NCBI GenBank assembly: GCA_035317285.1
Contig: DATHHC010000042.1
Location: 7,251 to 71,250 of the forward strand
DNA length: 64,000 nt
From: Gemmatimonadaceae bacterium
GTDB taxonomy: Bacteria > Gemmatimonadota > Gemmatimonadetes > Gemmatimonadales > Gemmatimonadaceae
Direction: 5' to 3'
The notes beneath the pieces were generated by a model. It was not told the origin of the DNA. It saw nothing but the letters and a program-made list of their open reading frames with translations, and made no database searches. Both the position numbers and the translations under genes were made by a program. Positions within the stretch are counted from its first letter, which is position 1, and every line of letters starts with the position of its first letter. This document shows positions 1-9,273 of the stretch, piece after piece.

Positions 1-587
1 TCCGGTGCCTGATTCATCTCACGCTGATTCGACCGCATCCCACGGAAGTAGTCGACTCGGAGCGCATCGCCTTCGCGCGGCGCTACGGTCTGAAAACGCA
101 CCACGACTTTCTTCTCTTCGCCCGGCGCAATCGGAAAGATTCTCGCGCGCAGGAGACCGTATCCCATCCACTCCAACAGCGCGGGATCGCGTTGACGGCG
201 AACGATCTCCTCGTATATCTGCCGAGCCCGATCGGCGCTCATCGTTTCGCCGGCCACCATCTCGCCATTGATCGAAAGCTTCAGGTCCTGGAACGCGGCG
301 CCTTTCGGGAGGGGGAACATGAAATCCGCCTCGCCAACCCTGCTTCCGCGATTGACGAATGTCTCCGTGATCTCGTAGCGCAGGACGCGGTCGGCGAGAT
401 CGACGCGGACGTTGCTGCTCTGCCGTACCACATCGGATGACGGAATGCCGCACGCCAGCATTACGCAGGGTCGCCCCCGCTGACAGGGCGGCGGAACAGG
501 ACAAGGCAATGGACGCGGTGGTCCGACGATCTGCCCTGAGACAAGTGCGGGAAATCCGATGGCGAGTACGAGGATGAATGAGCGCAT
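1..587 (-). CDS. VIT (vault/inter-alpha-trypsin) domain protein, probably VIT+VWA, with signal peptide; partial, runs off left edge
   Basis: Manual translation, not in ORF track: MRSFILVLAIGFPALVSGQ...VLRYEITETFVNRGSRVGEADFMFPLPKGAAFQDLKLSINGEMVAGETMSADRARQIYEEIVRRQRDPALLEW, a typical VIT pattern. Confidence 0.8.
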   Translation of the reverse strand, partial: MRSFILVLAIGFPALVSGQIVGPPRPLPCPVPPPCQRGRPCVMLACGIPSSDVVRQSSNVRVDLADRVLRYEITETFVNRGSRVGEADFMFPLPKGAAFQDLKLSINGEMVAGETMSADRARQIYEEIVRRQRDPALLEWMGYGLLRARIFPIAPGEEKKVVVRFQTVAPREGDALRVDYFRGMRSNQREMNQAP

Positions 588-695
588 GAGACACCAGTAG
601 AAGAAGGTTCTACTGTGGGACGTGTGTCAGCGCCTCACTTGCACACCTTGCCTGCCTTCGGCGACTTTGGAGGAGCTGAGGCCTCCCAGTGGCGG

Positions 696-1607
696 TTAAC
701 TACCCTTGGAGCGCTTTTTCCGCCGTTTTTGCAGGTCCCGCCGCTCATCTACTCTTACTGCCAGAAGCTGCCGATCTGCTCGAATCATCGTCTCTTCGAA
801 CTTCTCTCCGTTCCGGCGTGCGGCCCAGCCCATAGAGAACGGCACGGGCGCGGACGCCGCGGCCGCGGCGCGAAGCCGGGCAGCCACGTGCTCCGTCTGA
901 TCTTCACCCGCATCGCTGAGCACCACCAGGAATTCGTCTCCACCCACACGGACGACCGCTTCCTCCGCTCGCACATGACGCATGAGGAATCGCGCCATCT
1001 TCACGAGCACAGCGTCGCCTTCGGCGTGACCGTTGGTGTCGTTGTACTGCTTGAAATGATCGATGTCGAGATAGATGCAGCCGAATTCCCCCTTCGGCTG
1101 CGCCTCGCATTGACGCGTAACGGTGTTCAGATACCGCCGGTTGTAGCAGCCCGTGAGCGGATCCCGGATGCTCAGTTCCAGGAGCTGCGTCTGCAGCTCC
1201 TTGCGGTGAGTTATATCAACGAGAATCCCGTGACAGTATTTCTCCCCCGACTCCGGATCCACCGAGAGAAAGGCGCTATCGACGACCGTTCTTGTCTCCC
1301 CGTCGCGGCGTGTGAGCTGAAACTCGACGTCCCGAACGGATCCTTCGCGCTCGAGCAACGCCATTTCTCTCGCCCGCACCTCGGGTCTCACGAAATCGCT
1401 GGTACGGTATCCCTTCAAATCCTCCAGTGAATCGACCCCGAACATTTCGAGAAACGCGGGGTTTGCGTCGACGATCTCGCCATCCAGCGTCGTGATGTAA
1501 ATTCCTTCCTTCAGTCGCAGTGCAAGCTCGCTGAGCGTGCGCGGATCGCTCAAACTGCGAAAATGTCTCTGTTTCTTCGCCTTTCTGGAGTGCTGGATTC
1601 GACTCAA
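696..1607 (-). CDS. PAS-domain diguanylate cyclase
   Basis: PAS (ANPAFLEMFG), DPLTGCYNRR, DIDHFKQYND, VGGDEF. Start is probably the TTG at 1607 after GAGG (track start 1706). Confidence 0.9.
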   Translation of the reverse strand: MSRIQHSRKAKKQRHFRSLSDPRTLSELALRLKEGIYITTLDGEIVDANPAFLEMFGVDSLEDLKGYRTSDFVRPEVRAREMALLEREGSVRDVEFQLTRRDGETRTVVDSAFLSVDPESGEKYCHGILVDITHRKELQTQLLELSIRDPLTGCYNRRYLNTVTRQCEAQPKGEFGCIYLDIDHFKQYNDTNGHAEGDAVLVKMARFLMRHVRAEEAVVRVGGDEFLVVLSDAGEDQTEHVAARLRAAAAASAPVPFSMGWAARRNGEKFEETMIRADRQLLAVRVDERRDLQKRRKKRSKGS

Positions 1608-1735
1608 ATCAATACCTCGGCAGCGGCATGTCCGTTGCCTTGTTTGAAGGGGAAAGACTGGAGGTATAATGGCACCGACTAGAGAGCAGGGACAGAGTTT
1701 TCTCACCGCGAAGCAAAGCTAGGCGCGTCGGAACG

Positions 1736-2704
1736 ATGAGTTTCCGGACCGCCGGCATTCACCACGTCACCGGTATCGCGAGCGATCCGCAAAGAAATCT
1801 CGATTTCTACGCCGGCATCCTCGGCCTCAGGCTCGTCAAGCGCACCGTGAACTTCGACGATCCGACCACCTATCATTTCTATTTCGGTAATGAATCTGGT
1901 GATCCAGGCAGCATCCTCACCTTCTTCCCGTGGCCTGATGCGCGCCGTGGCAGGCAGGGCGGTGGCCAGGTTGCCGTTACATCCTTTACGATCCTTCCCA
2001 GCTCGGTCGGCTTCTGGATCGAGCGGCTGATCAAGAAGAGAGTGGAGTTCGAGCAGCCGGTTGCGCGTTACGAGGACGAACGCGTCATCGCGTTCAAGGA
2101 CCACGAAGGATTCATGGGTGAGCTCGTCGCCCATCCCGCTGCTGCTGCTCGCACGGGTTGGTCTGGAGCGGGAGTGCCGGCAGAACACGCAATCAGGGGG
2201 ATCTACTCCGTCACGCTATGGCTTGATGCCAACGAGCTCACCGGACAGCTTCTCACCAACACGCTCGGATTCAGGCTCGTGCGCGAACAGGGGAGCATCT
2301 TTCGCTACACGAGCGGAGATGGCGGCCCCGGGACAATCGTAGATCTACGGTGCGTCCCCGGAATCTGGGGCGGAGTGCTGGGAGCGGGGACGGTACACCA
2401 CGTCGCATTCCGCGGCGCCACTGAAGCCGAGCAAATGAACGTTCGGACTGAGTTGACCTCCCTCGGCTACAATGTCACACCACAGCTCGATCGCGATTAT
2501 TTCAAATCCATCTATTTCCGCGAGCCCGGAGGAGTTCTTTTTGAGATTGCCACCGACGGCCCCGGATTCGCGGTCGACGAACGCGTCGATTCGCTCGGTC
2601 AGGCGCTCAAGCTTCCCCATTGGCTCGAGCCCCGGAGATTCGAGATCGAAGCGCTTCTCCCCAATGTCCACACGCCGCTCGAGCTGCATGGTCCCAATGC
2701 ATGA
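1736..2704 (+). CDS. Ring-cleaving dioxygenase (glyoxalase/VOC, MhqO-like)
   Basis: GIHHVT, VKRTVNFDDP, VHHVAF, YFKSIYFREPGGVLFEIATDGPGF. Confidence 0.92.
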   Translation: MSFRTAGIHHVTGIASDPQRNLDFYAGILGLRLVKRTVNFDDPTTYHFYFGNESGDPGSILTFFPWPDARRGRQGGGQVAVTSFTILPSSVGFWIERLIKKRVEFEQPVARYEDERVIAFKDHEGFMGELVAHPAAAARTGWSGAGVPAEHAIRGIYSVTLWLDANELTGQLLTNTLGFRLVREQGSIFRYTSGDGGPGTIVDLRCVPGIWGGVLGAGTVHHVAFRGATEAEQMNVRTELTSLGYNVTPQLDRDYFKSIYFREPGGVLFEIATDGPGFAVDERVDSLGQALKLPHWLEPRRFEIEALLPNVHTPLELHGPNA

Positions 2705-3336
2705 GTGAAGACTTCGGGTTCATTCATCGCTTCGTCCCCCCGGAAGATGGTGCCACCGGTGACACGCTCGTCGTATTGCACGGCACGGGCGGAGACGAGA
2801 ACGATCTGATCGGTATCGGACAAGCGATCGCTCCAGGTGCCGCCATTCTAAGTCCGCGAGGAAATGTTCTCGAGAACGGCGCCCCGCGATTCTTCAAGCG
2901 TCTCGCCGAGGGCGTCTTTGACCCAAAGGAGGTGCGCTCGCGCGCTGAGGAGCTGGCCCGCTTCATTCGTGCCGCGGTCGTCACCTATCGCCTCGACGCC
3001 GCCCGCGTCTTCGCGCTCGGATACTCCAACGGCGCCAACATCGCATCGACGATCATGTTCGTGGAACCGGAAATCCTGCACGCGGCGATCCTCTTTCGTC
3101 CCATGCTCGTGTATGAACCGACCGAGAAGCGTGATCTTGCGGGCTCAGCCGTGTTCATCTCGGCTGGTCGCATGGATCCCATTGTTCCCGCCGCGAGTGT
3201 CGAGCGGTTGGTCGAGCTCTTCGACACGGAACACGCGGATGTCACTCTGAAATGGCAGCTCGCCGGCCATAGTCTCGTGCCGAGCGAGGTGCGCGAAGCA
3301 GCCGAGTGGTTCGCCCTGCGCCGCGTGCGGGTATGA
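2701..3336 (+). CDS. Alpha/beta hydrolase (MhqD-like carboxylesterase)
   Basis: LHGTGGDE, GYSNGANIA nucleophile elbow; ATGA overlap with the upstream dioxygenase. Confidence 0.88.
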   Translation: MSEDFGFIHRFVPPEDGATGDTLVVLHGTGGDENDLIGIGQAIAPGAAILSPRGNVLENGAPRFFKRLAEGVFDPKEVRSRAEELARFIRAAVVTYRLDAARVFALGYSNGANIASTIMFVEPEILHAAILFRPMLVYEPTEKRDLAGSAVFISAGRMDPIVPAASVERLVELFDTEHADVTLKWQLAGHSLVPSEVREAAEWFALRRVRV

Positions 3337-3442
3337 GCTAGCTTCAGATGAGAATCCCCTTCAGCGTGATGCCCCTCTCGCGCACAGCGCGTAGCCCCTT
3401 TTTACCTCTTTACCTCGCTCCCAACCTGCCGCACCGCCTCTA

Positions 3443-5509
3443 ATGTCCGAGCCAACCGATACCGCGACCGCTCCCGGATCGCCTGCCTCTACTTCGCCTT
3501 CGGGGTCAGCCCAGTCGCTCGAAGATCTCTGCATCAACGCGATCAGAGTTCTCGCAATGGATGCCGTTCAGAAAGCAGACTCCGGTCACCCCGGCACCCC
3601 GATGGCATTGGCGCCACTCGCGTATGTCCTCTGGACCCAGCACCTCCGTTACAACCCCGCCGATCCCAATTGGCTGAATCGTGATCGTTTTGTGCTGTCG
3701 GCGGGACACGCGTCGATGCTGTTGTACAGTGTGCTCTATCTCACCGGATACGAGCTCACGCTCGATGACCTGAAGCAGTTCCGGCAGTGGGAGAGCAAGA
3801 CGCCGGGACATCCCGAGCTCGGCCACACTCCGGGAGTCGAGACGACGACCGGCCCGTTGGGCCAGGGAATAGGCAACTCGGTTGGCATGGCGGTGGCTGA
3901 GGCCCACATGGGAGCGGTTTTCAATCGCGACCACAAGATCATAGACCATCACGTCTACTTCATCGCCAGTGATGGCGACATGATGGAGGGCGTTAGTCAC
4001 GAGTCAGCGTCCTTCGCCGGCCACGCAAAACTCGGAAAGTTGATTGGCTTTTACGACGACAATCACATCACGATCGAAGGCGATACCGCGCTCACCTTCA
4101 GCGACGACACCGGCGCCCGGTTCGAGGCCTATGGCTGGCACGTGCAGCACGTCGCGGACGTCAACGATCTCACGGCACTCAATCGTGCGATCGATGCGGC
4201 AAAGGCCGAGACGTCGAAGCCGTCGCTGATTGTCGTTCGCTCGCACATCGGATACGGTAGCCCCAATAAGCACGACACTGCCGAGGCGCACGGCTCCGCA
4301 TTGGGAGTGGACGAGATCGTTCTCACCAAAAAAGCGCTCGGCTATCCGTCGCTGGAGCCGTTCTACGTCGCGCCCGAAGCGCTTCGCTACTGGCGGGAAG
4401 CCGCGAACAAAAGATCGAAGACTGAAGACGGGTGGAAGACGGTTTACGACGCCTACAGGACTGCGAATCCGGCTCTCGAGAAGGAGCTGCAGCGTCGACT
4501 TCGCGGTGATTTGCCGGACGGCTGGGAAGAGCTGATCCCCGTCTTCACGGCGAAGGACGGCAATGTCGCGAGCCGTGCCGCGTCGGGTGTCGTGATCAAC
4601 GCCATCGGCAAGAAGATACCCGAGCTGATGGGCGGTTCAGCGGATCTGGCCAGCTCCACCAACACGATCATCAAGGGTGAGCCCAGCTTTTCGGCGGAGA
4701 ACTACGCGGGCCGCAATTTCCATTTCGGGATTCGCGAACATGGGATGGGGTCGATCATGAACGGGATGTCGCTCTTCGGCGGCATTATTCCGTACGGCGC
4801 GACGTTCCTGATCTTCTCGGACTACATGAGACCGCCGGTGAGACTGGCGTCCATCATGGATCGCCACGTCATCTACGTCTACACGCACGACTCGATCGGA
4901 CTCGGTGAGGATGGTCCCACGCATCAACCCGTTGAGCAGCTGAGCGCGTTGCGCGCGATTCCGGGGATGACCCTCATCAGGCCTGCCGATGCATCAGAAA
5001 CAGCGGAAGCCTGGCGAGCCGCGCTCAAGCACAAGAAGGGTCCGGTTGCGCTCGTACTGACGCGACAGAAGCTGCCCTTTATCGATCGCTCGAAGTACGC
5101 CGCGGCCAGTGGATTGGCGCGAGGCGCGTACGTGCTGGCTGACTCGCCCGGTGGCGCGCCTCAGGTCGTCATGATGTCGACCGGTTCCGAGGTCTCCCTG
5201 ATTCTCGACGCACAAAAGAAGCTTGAGACCGAGGGAATTCGTACCCGCGCGGTGAGCATGCCGAGTCACGAGATTTTCGCGAGGCAGGATCAGGCGTATC
5301 GCGACAGCGTGCTGCCCAAGGCCGTCAAACGTATCGCAATCGAGGCGGCGCACCCGATGTCATGGTACCGTTGGGTCGGAGACGACGGCGTCATCATCGG
5401 AATCGACCGCTTTGGCGCCTCCGCTCCTGCTCCCGTCATCTACGCGCACCTCGGCATTACCGCCGACCGAATGGTCGAGGCGGCGAAAAAGCTCGTGGGC
5501 AAGAAATAG
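3443..5509 (+). CDS. tkt: Transketolase
   Basis: [41 protein letters not shown]. Confidence 0.97.
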   Translation: MSEPTDTATAPGSPASTSPSGSAQSLEDLCINAIRVLAMDAVQKADSGHPGTPMALAPLAYVLWTQHLRYNPADPNWLNRDRFVLSAGHASMLLYSVLYLTGYELTLDDLKQFRQWESKTPGHPELGHTPGVETTTGPLGQGIGNSVGMAVAEAHMGAVFNRDHKIIDHHVYFIASDGDMMEGVSHESASFAGHAKLGKLIGFYDDNHITIEGDTALTFSDDTGARFEAYGWHVQHVADVNDLTALNRAIDAAKAETSKPSLIVVRSHIGYGSPNKHDTAEAHGSALGVDEIVLTKKALGYPSLEPFYVAPEALRYWREAANKRSKTEDGWKTVYDAYRTANPALEKELQRRLRGDLPDGWEELIPVFTAKDGNVASRAASGVVINAIGKKIPELMGGSADLASSTNTIIKGEPSFSAENYAGRNFHFGIREHGMGSIMNGMSLFGGIIPYGATFLIFSDYMRPPVRLASIMDRHVIYVYTHDSIGLGEDGPTHQPVEQLSALRAIPGMTLIRPADASETAEAWRAALKHKKGPVALVLTRQKLPFIDRSKYAAASGLARGAYVLADSPGGAPQVVMMSTGSEVSLILDAQKKLETEGIRTRAVSMPSHEIFARQDQAYRDSVLPKAVKRIAIEAAHPMSWYRWVGDDGVIIGIDRFGASAPAPVIYAHLGITADRMVEAAKKLVGKK

Positions 5510-5533
5510 TCGCGAACCCGAATTGATCGGTAC

Positions 5534-6190
5534 ATGGATATCGTGAGCGGCGGCGAGCCCTTACTCCGCGACATCAGCGTTACGCTCAATCCAGACACGC
5601 CTGAGTGGCCGGGTGACACCCCATTCACGTGCGGATGGGCTTCCTCGATGGCCGCGGGTGCGAGTGTCAACGTCTCGTCGTTCACCTCGAGCCCGCACGT
5701 CGGCACTCACGCCGACGCGCCGCTCCACGTTCGAGAGGACTGGTCGGGCTCGCACGAGTTATCGCTCGACGCCTTCTTCGGCCCTGCGATTGTCGTTGAT
5801 GTCTCGACGCTCAGCAAGGAGATTGACATCGAGGATCTCGAGAAAATTCAATCGCTGCCGTTCGTGGAGAGGCTGCTGTTACGAACCGGCCGAACGATCG
5901 CGAGCGGCGCTTTCCCTGAGGACTGGCCGACTCTCTCCGAGTCTTGCGTGCGCACCTTGCTCGGGCGGGGTCTGCGACTGCTTGGCGTTGATGCTCCGTC
6001 GGTGGATTTGAGAGAAAGCAAAAACCTTCCCGTCCACAACATGATTTTTTCTGCCAACGCCGCGATCCTCGAGAATCTGGACTTGAGAAGAGTGACCCCG
6101 ACCATGTACGAGCTGATGGCCTTCCCGCTCAAGCTCATGGCTCTCGACGCCGCTCCGGTACGCGCGGTTCTTCGCCAGATCGTCGTCTAG
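5534..6190 (+). CDS. Cyclase family protein (kynurenine formamidase-like)
   Basis: HVGTHADAPLH motif, GVDAPSVD, ILENL, APVRAVL. Confidence 0.85.
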   Translation: MDIVSGGEPLLRDISVTLNPDTPEWPGDTPFTCGWASSMAAGASVNVSSFTSSPHVGTHADAPLHVREDWSGSHELSLDAFFGPAIVVDVSTLSKEIDIEDLEKIQSLPFVERLLLRTGRTIASGAFPEDWPTLSESCVRTLLGRGLRLLGVDAPSVDLRESKNLPVHNMIFSANAAILENLDLRRVTPTMYELMAFPLKLMALDAAPVRAVLRQIVV

Positions 6191-6216
6191 TCGTCCGGGC
6201 GAGTTGGACGATAGCG

Positions 6217-7290
6217 ATGCTTAGGCGCGCTGTCTTCTGCATCCTTGTACTGGCGGGCTTTGCCCTGACGGTTGAGGGCCAGCAGCCGCCGCAATCGAAT
6301 CGATCCAGCGAATCTCCCCCGCCACGCGCACGCCGTACCGCACGCAAGCCTGCCAAGCCTCCTGTATCCACCTTCGTCGCTGATTCCGGCGGCAGAGAGT
6401 TGATTGTCCGCATGCTCGATGTAGGACAAGGTGACGCGACCTACATCAGGAATGGATCGAGCAGAATTATCATCGATGGGGGCCCTGAGCCTGCCACATT
6501 CGGACGTTATCTCGATTCACTGAATCTCAACAACTCGACGATCGATGTGGTAATCCTTTCGCACCCGCATCTCGATCATTACAGCGGTCTACGAGAGCTG
6601 TTCAGAACCTCGAGGCACATTCGCATTCGCTATTTGTTCGAAAACAAGGATCCCGCTCCGGCCGCAACTCTCGCCGAGCTCCGCGATTCGATTTTATCGC
6701 GAATGGATCACGACGGCCTGATCTATCGCGACACAGACGATCCGTGCTCAGACGGACGCCCGATTTGCACGATCAGCATGACTGGTGGCGCGATACTACA
6801 CATTCTTCCGCCATTCCCGAACGGTGATAAACCAAACAATCGTTCGACAGCGGTGAAGCTGGTCGGGCCCGATTCGGCATCGTTCACAATGTGGCTCGCG
6901 GGAGACGCGGAGCGCGAGGAAATCAGGTGGTTCGAGGCCACCGGTTACGCCCGAAATCCGGGGATGCGGGTGAACGTCTTGAAGGCAGATCATCACGGCA
7001 GCTGCAATGGAGTTACAAAGCGCTACCTCGCCCTTACGTCACCTCAATGGGTAGTCGCATCTCTCGCCACGCATAACGGCTACGGTCACATGCACACGCA
7101 GGCGAAGGCCATCTATCGGCGAGCACGCGTCCCGTGGTACAGAACCGATCGGAACGGCACGATCACCATCCGCTCTCCTGGAATAGCCGGGAGTGGATTC
7201 ACGATCACTCCGGAGCGCGCCGGAACTGACCTCGATGGAATGGGCGACCGGAAATACCGACCGACGGGATGCGCGACCACAGCGAGATAG
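6217..7290 (+). CDS. Secreted ComEC/Rec2-type MBL-fold hydrolase (nuclease-like)
   Basis: Signal peptide; LDVGQGDA, SHPHLDH, GDAE, KADHHGS, YGH, YRTDRNGTI; no membrane channel domain. Confidence 0.85.
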   Translation: MLRRAVFCILVLAGFALTVEGQQPPQSNRSSESPPPRARRTARKPAKPPVSTFVADSGGRELIVRMLDVGQGDATYIRNGSSRIIIDGGPEPATFGRYLDSLNLNNSTIDVVILSHPHLDHYSGLRELFRTSRHIRIRYLFENKDPAPAATLAELRDSILSRMDHDGLIYRDTDDPCSDGRPICTISMTGGAILHILPPFPNGDKPNNRSTAVKLVGPDSASFTMWLAGDAEREEIRWFEATGYARNPGMRVNVLKADHHGSCNGVTKRYLALTSPQWVVASLATHNGYGHMHTQAKAIYRRARVPWYRTDRNGTITIRSPGIAGSGFTITPERAGTDLDGMGDRKYRPTGCATTAR

Positions 7291-7300
7291 ACGACCGCTG

Positions 7301-7582
7301 CTAAAGCTGGATATCCCCACCGCGATCAGTCTTCGACTTTCTCGACACTTGCTTCGCCGATCTATCGAGCGCCTTTTTCTTTGCTGCCCGATCCGTCTCG
7401 ATCAGTAGCACGGATTTCCCCTCTCCGCGGTCGTGAGTCACCGACATCACGTCTCCCTCCTTCACGTCCTCTGGCAACATCCACGCGGGAATCGGCGTGA
7501 CCGTACGACCGTCGACTTCGATCGACGCCGCTCCATCCTCGATCACATCGACGACCCACGTGTGGCTGGAATGTTTGCTCAT
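7301..7582 (-). CDS. DUF3006-like protein
   Basis: WVVDVIEDGAASIE...LPEDVKEGDV; ATG at 7582 after GAGAG. Confidence 0.7.
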   Translation of the reverse strand: MSKHSSHTWVVDVIEDGAASIEVDGRTVTPIPAWMLPEDVKEGDVMSVTHDRGEGKSVLLIETDRAAKKKALDRSAKQVSRKSKTDRGGDIQL

Positions 7583-7642
7583 CGCGCGCTCTCTCTCTAA
7601 CGTGGTTGCATCACGAATGATCATGCTTTCTAGAGTAGCACA

Positions 7643-7658
7643 TGGCATGTCGTATGCG
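7643..7658 (+). promoter_or_regulatory. Candidate sigma54 -24/-12 promoter of the FAD-Rieske gene
   Basis: TGGCATGTCGTATGCG versus consensus TGGCACG-N4-TTGCW, with GG-N10-GC spacing kept. Confidence 0.4.
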
Positions 7659-7713
7659 CCATTGCGCGACTCCGAGCGGCACAACTCGCACCAATCATTG
7701 CAAGAGATCACCT

Positions 7714-9273
7714 ATGCACAGCGACTCAGGTCACACGACCTCCGTCTGGATGGACACCACCGAAGTACCGCAGTTTCAATCGCTTACCCAGGATCTGCGG
7801 TCGAACGTATGTGTCGTGGGCGCCGGGATTGCCGGCATGACCACGGCATATCTGCTTGCGCGGGCTGGCCGCGCCGTCGTCGTAATCGATGATGGGCCAA
7901 TCGGCGGTGGGGAGACGAGCCGCACGACCGCACACCTGACCGCGGCACTTGATGATCGCTACTACAACATCGAGACGATGCACGGCGAGGAAGGTGCGAG
8001 ATTGGCAGCCGAAAGTCATATGTCGGCGATACATCGAATCGAAACCATCGCGTCGATGGAAGACATCGATTGCGATTTTCAGCGCGTCGAAGGGTTCCTC
8101 TTCCTGGGGGGCGAGAATACTCGAAAGGATCTCGAACGCGAGCTCGAAGCAACCCACCGCGCCGGAATAACCGACACGCAGCTGGTCGATAATATCCCCT
8201 TTGGATTCTGGGACAGTGGACCCGCGCTTCGCTTCCCGAGACAGGCCACCTTTCACCCGCTCAAGTACCTGAAGGGGCTGGCCCGCGCGATTCTCCGCGA
8301 CGGTGGCAAGATCTACACTGGAGTACATGCGGAGAAGATCGAGGATGGTGAGCCGGCGAAGGTGACGACGAGCGATGGCCACGTCATCCACGCCGACAAT
8401 GTGGTCGTTTGCACCAACACTCCCGTCAACGACTGGCTGATCATCCACAGCAAGCAATCCGCGTATCGCACCTATGTCATTGGCGCGCGAATTCCGAAGG
8501 GATCCGTCCCTCAGGGACTCTACTGGGACACTCCCGATCCGTACCACTACATTCGCATTCAGCACGCCGAGGATAAATCCGGCCACGAGCTGGATTATGA
8601 CATCCTGATCGTCGGCGGCGAGGATCACAAGACCGGTCAGGCTCACGACACCGAGGAGAGATTCGTGCGTCTCGAGCAATGGACGCGCGAGCGCTTTCCG
8701 ATGGTCGAGCAGGTCGACTACCGCTGGTCAGGCCAGGTGATCGAGCCCGTCGACTACATGGCGTACATCGGCAAGAATCCGGGCGGCGACGAGCACATCT
8801 GGATTGCCACCGGAGATTCCGGGAACGGGATGACGCACGGGACGATTGCCGGCATCATCCTCAACGAGTTGGTCCAGGGCCGCAAGCACCAATGGGCTCG
8901 GCTCTACGACCCCTCTCGCATCAAGCTCCGCGCAACGCCCGAATTCCTGAAGGAAAACGCCAATGTCGCCGAGCAGTACAAGGATTGGTTCACCGGCGGC
9001 TACGCCGGCGAGGTCGCGGCGATCAAGCCAGGCGAAGGAGCTGTCATCGGTCGTGGCAGGGGCAAGATTGCGGTCTATCGCGACGAGAGGGGCGACACTC
9101 ACTCGATGTCGGCGGTTTGCACACATCTCTACTGCATAGTCAACTGGAACGATACCGAGAGAACGTGGGACTGCCCCTGCCACGGATCACGCTTCGATCC
9201 GTACGGAAAGGTTGTAAACGGTCCGGCTATAGTCGGGCTTTCTCCTGCTTCTCCGGAACGGAAGAAGGAATAG
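7714..9273 (+). CDS. FAD-dependent oxidoreductase with C-terminal Rieske [2Fe-2S] domain (YhfW-like)
   Basis: VVGAGIAG Rossmann motif; CTHLYC...CPCHGS Rieske ligands. Confidence 0.92.
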   Translation: MHSDSGHTTSVWMDTTEVPQFQSLTQDLRSNVCVVGAGIAGMTTAYLLARAGRAVVVIDDGPIGGGETSRTTAHLTAALDDRYYNIETMHGEEGARLAAESHMSAIHRIETIASMEDIDCDFQRVEGFLFLGGENTRKDLERELEATHRAGITDTQLVDNIPFGFWDSGPALRFPRQATFHPLKYLKGLARAILRDGGKIYTGVHAEKIEDGEPAKVTTSDGHVIHADNVVVCTNTPVNDWLIIHSKQSAYRTYVIGARIPKGSVPQGLYWDTPDPYHYIRIQHAEDKSGHELDYDILIVGGEDHKTGQAHDTEERFVRLEQWTRERFPMVEQVDYRWSGQVIEPVDYMAYIGKNPGGDEHIWIATGDSGNGMTHGTIAGIILNELVQGRKHQWARLYDPSRIKLRATPEFLKENANVAEQYKDWFTGGYAGEVAAIKPGEGAVIGRGRGKIAVYRDERGDTHSMSAVCTHLYCIVNWNDTERTWDCPCHGSRFDPYGKVVNGPAIVGLSPASPERKKE

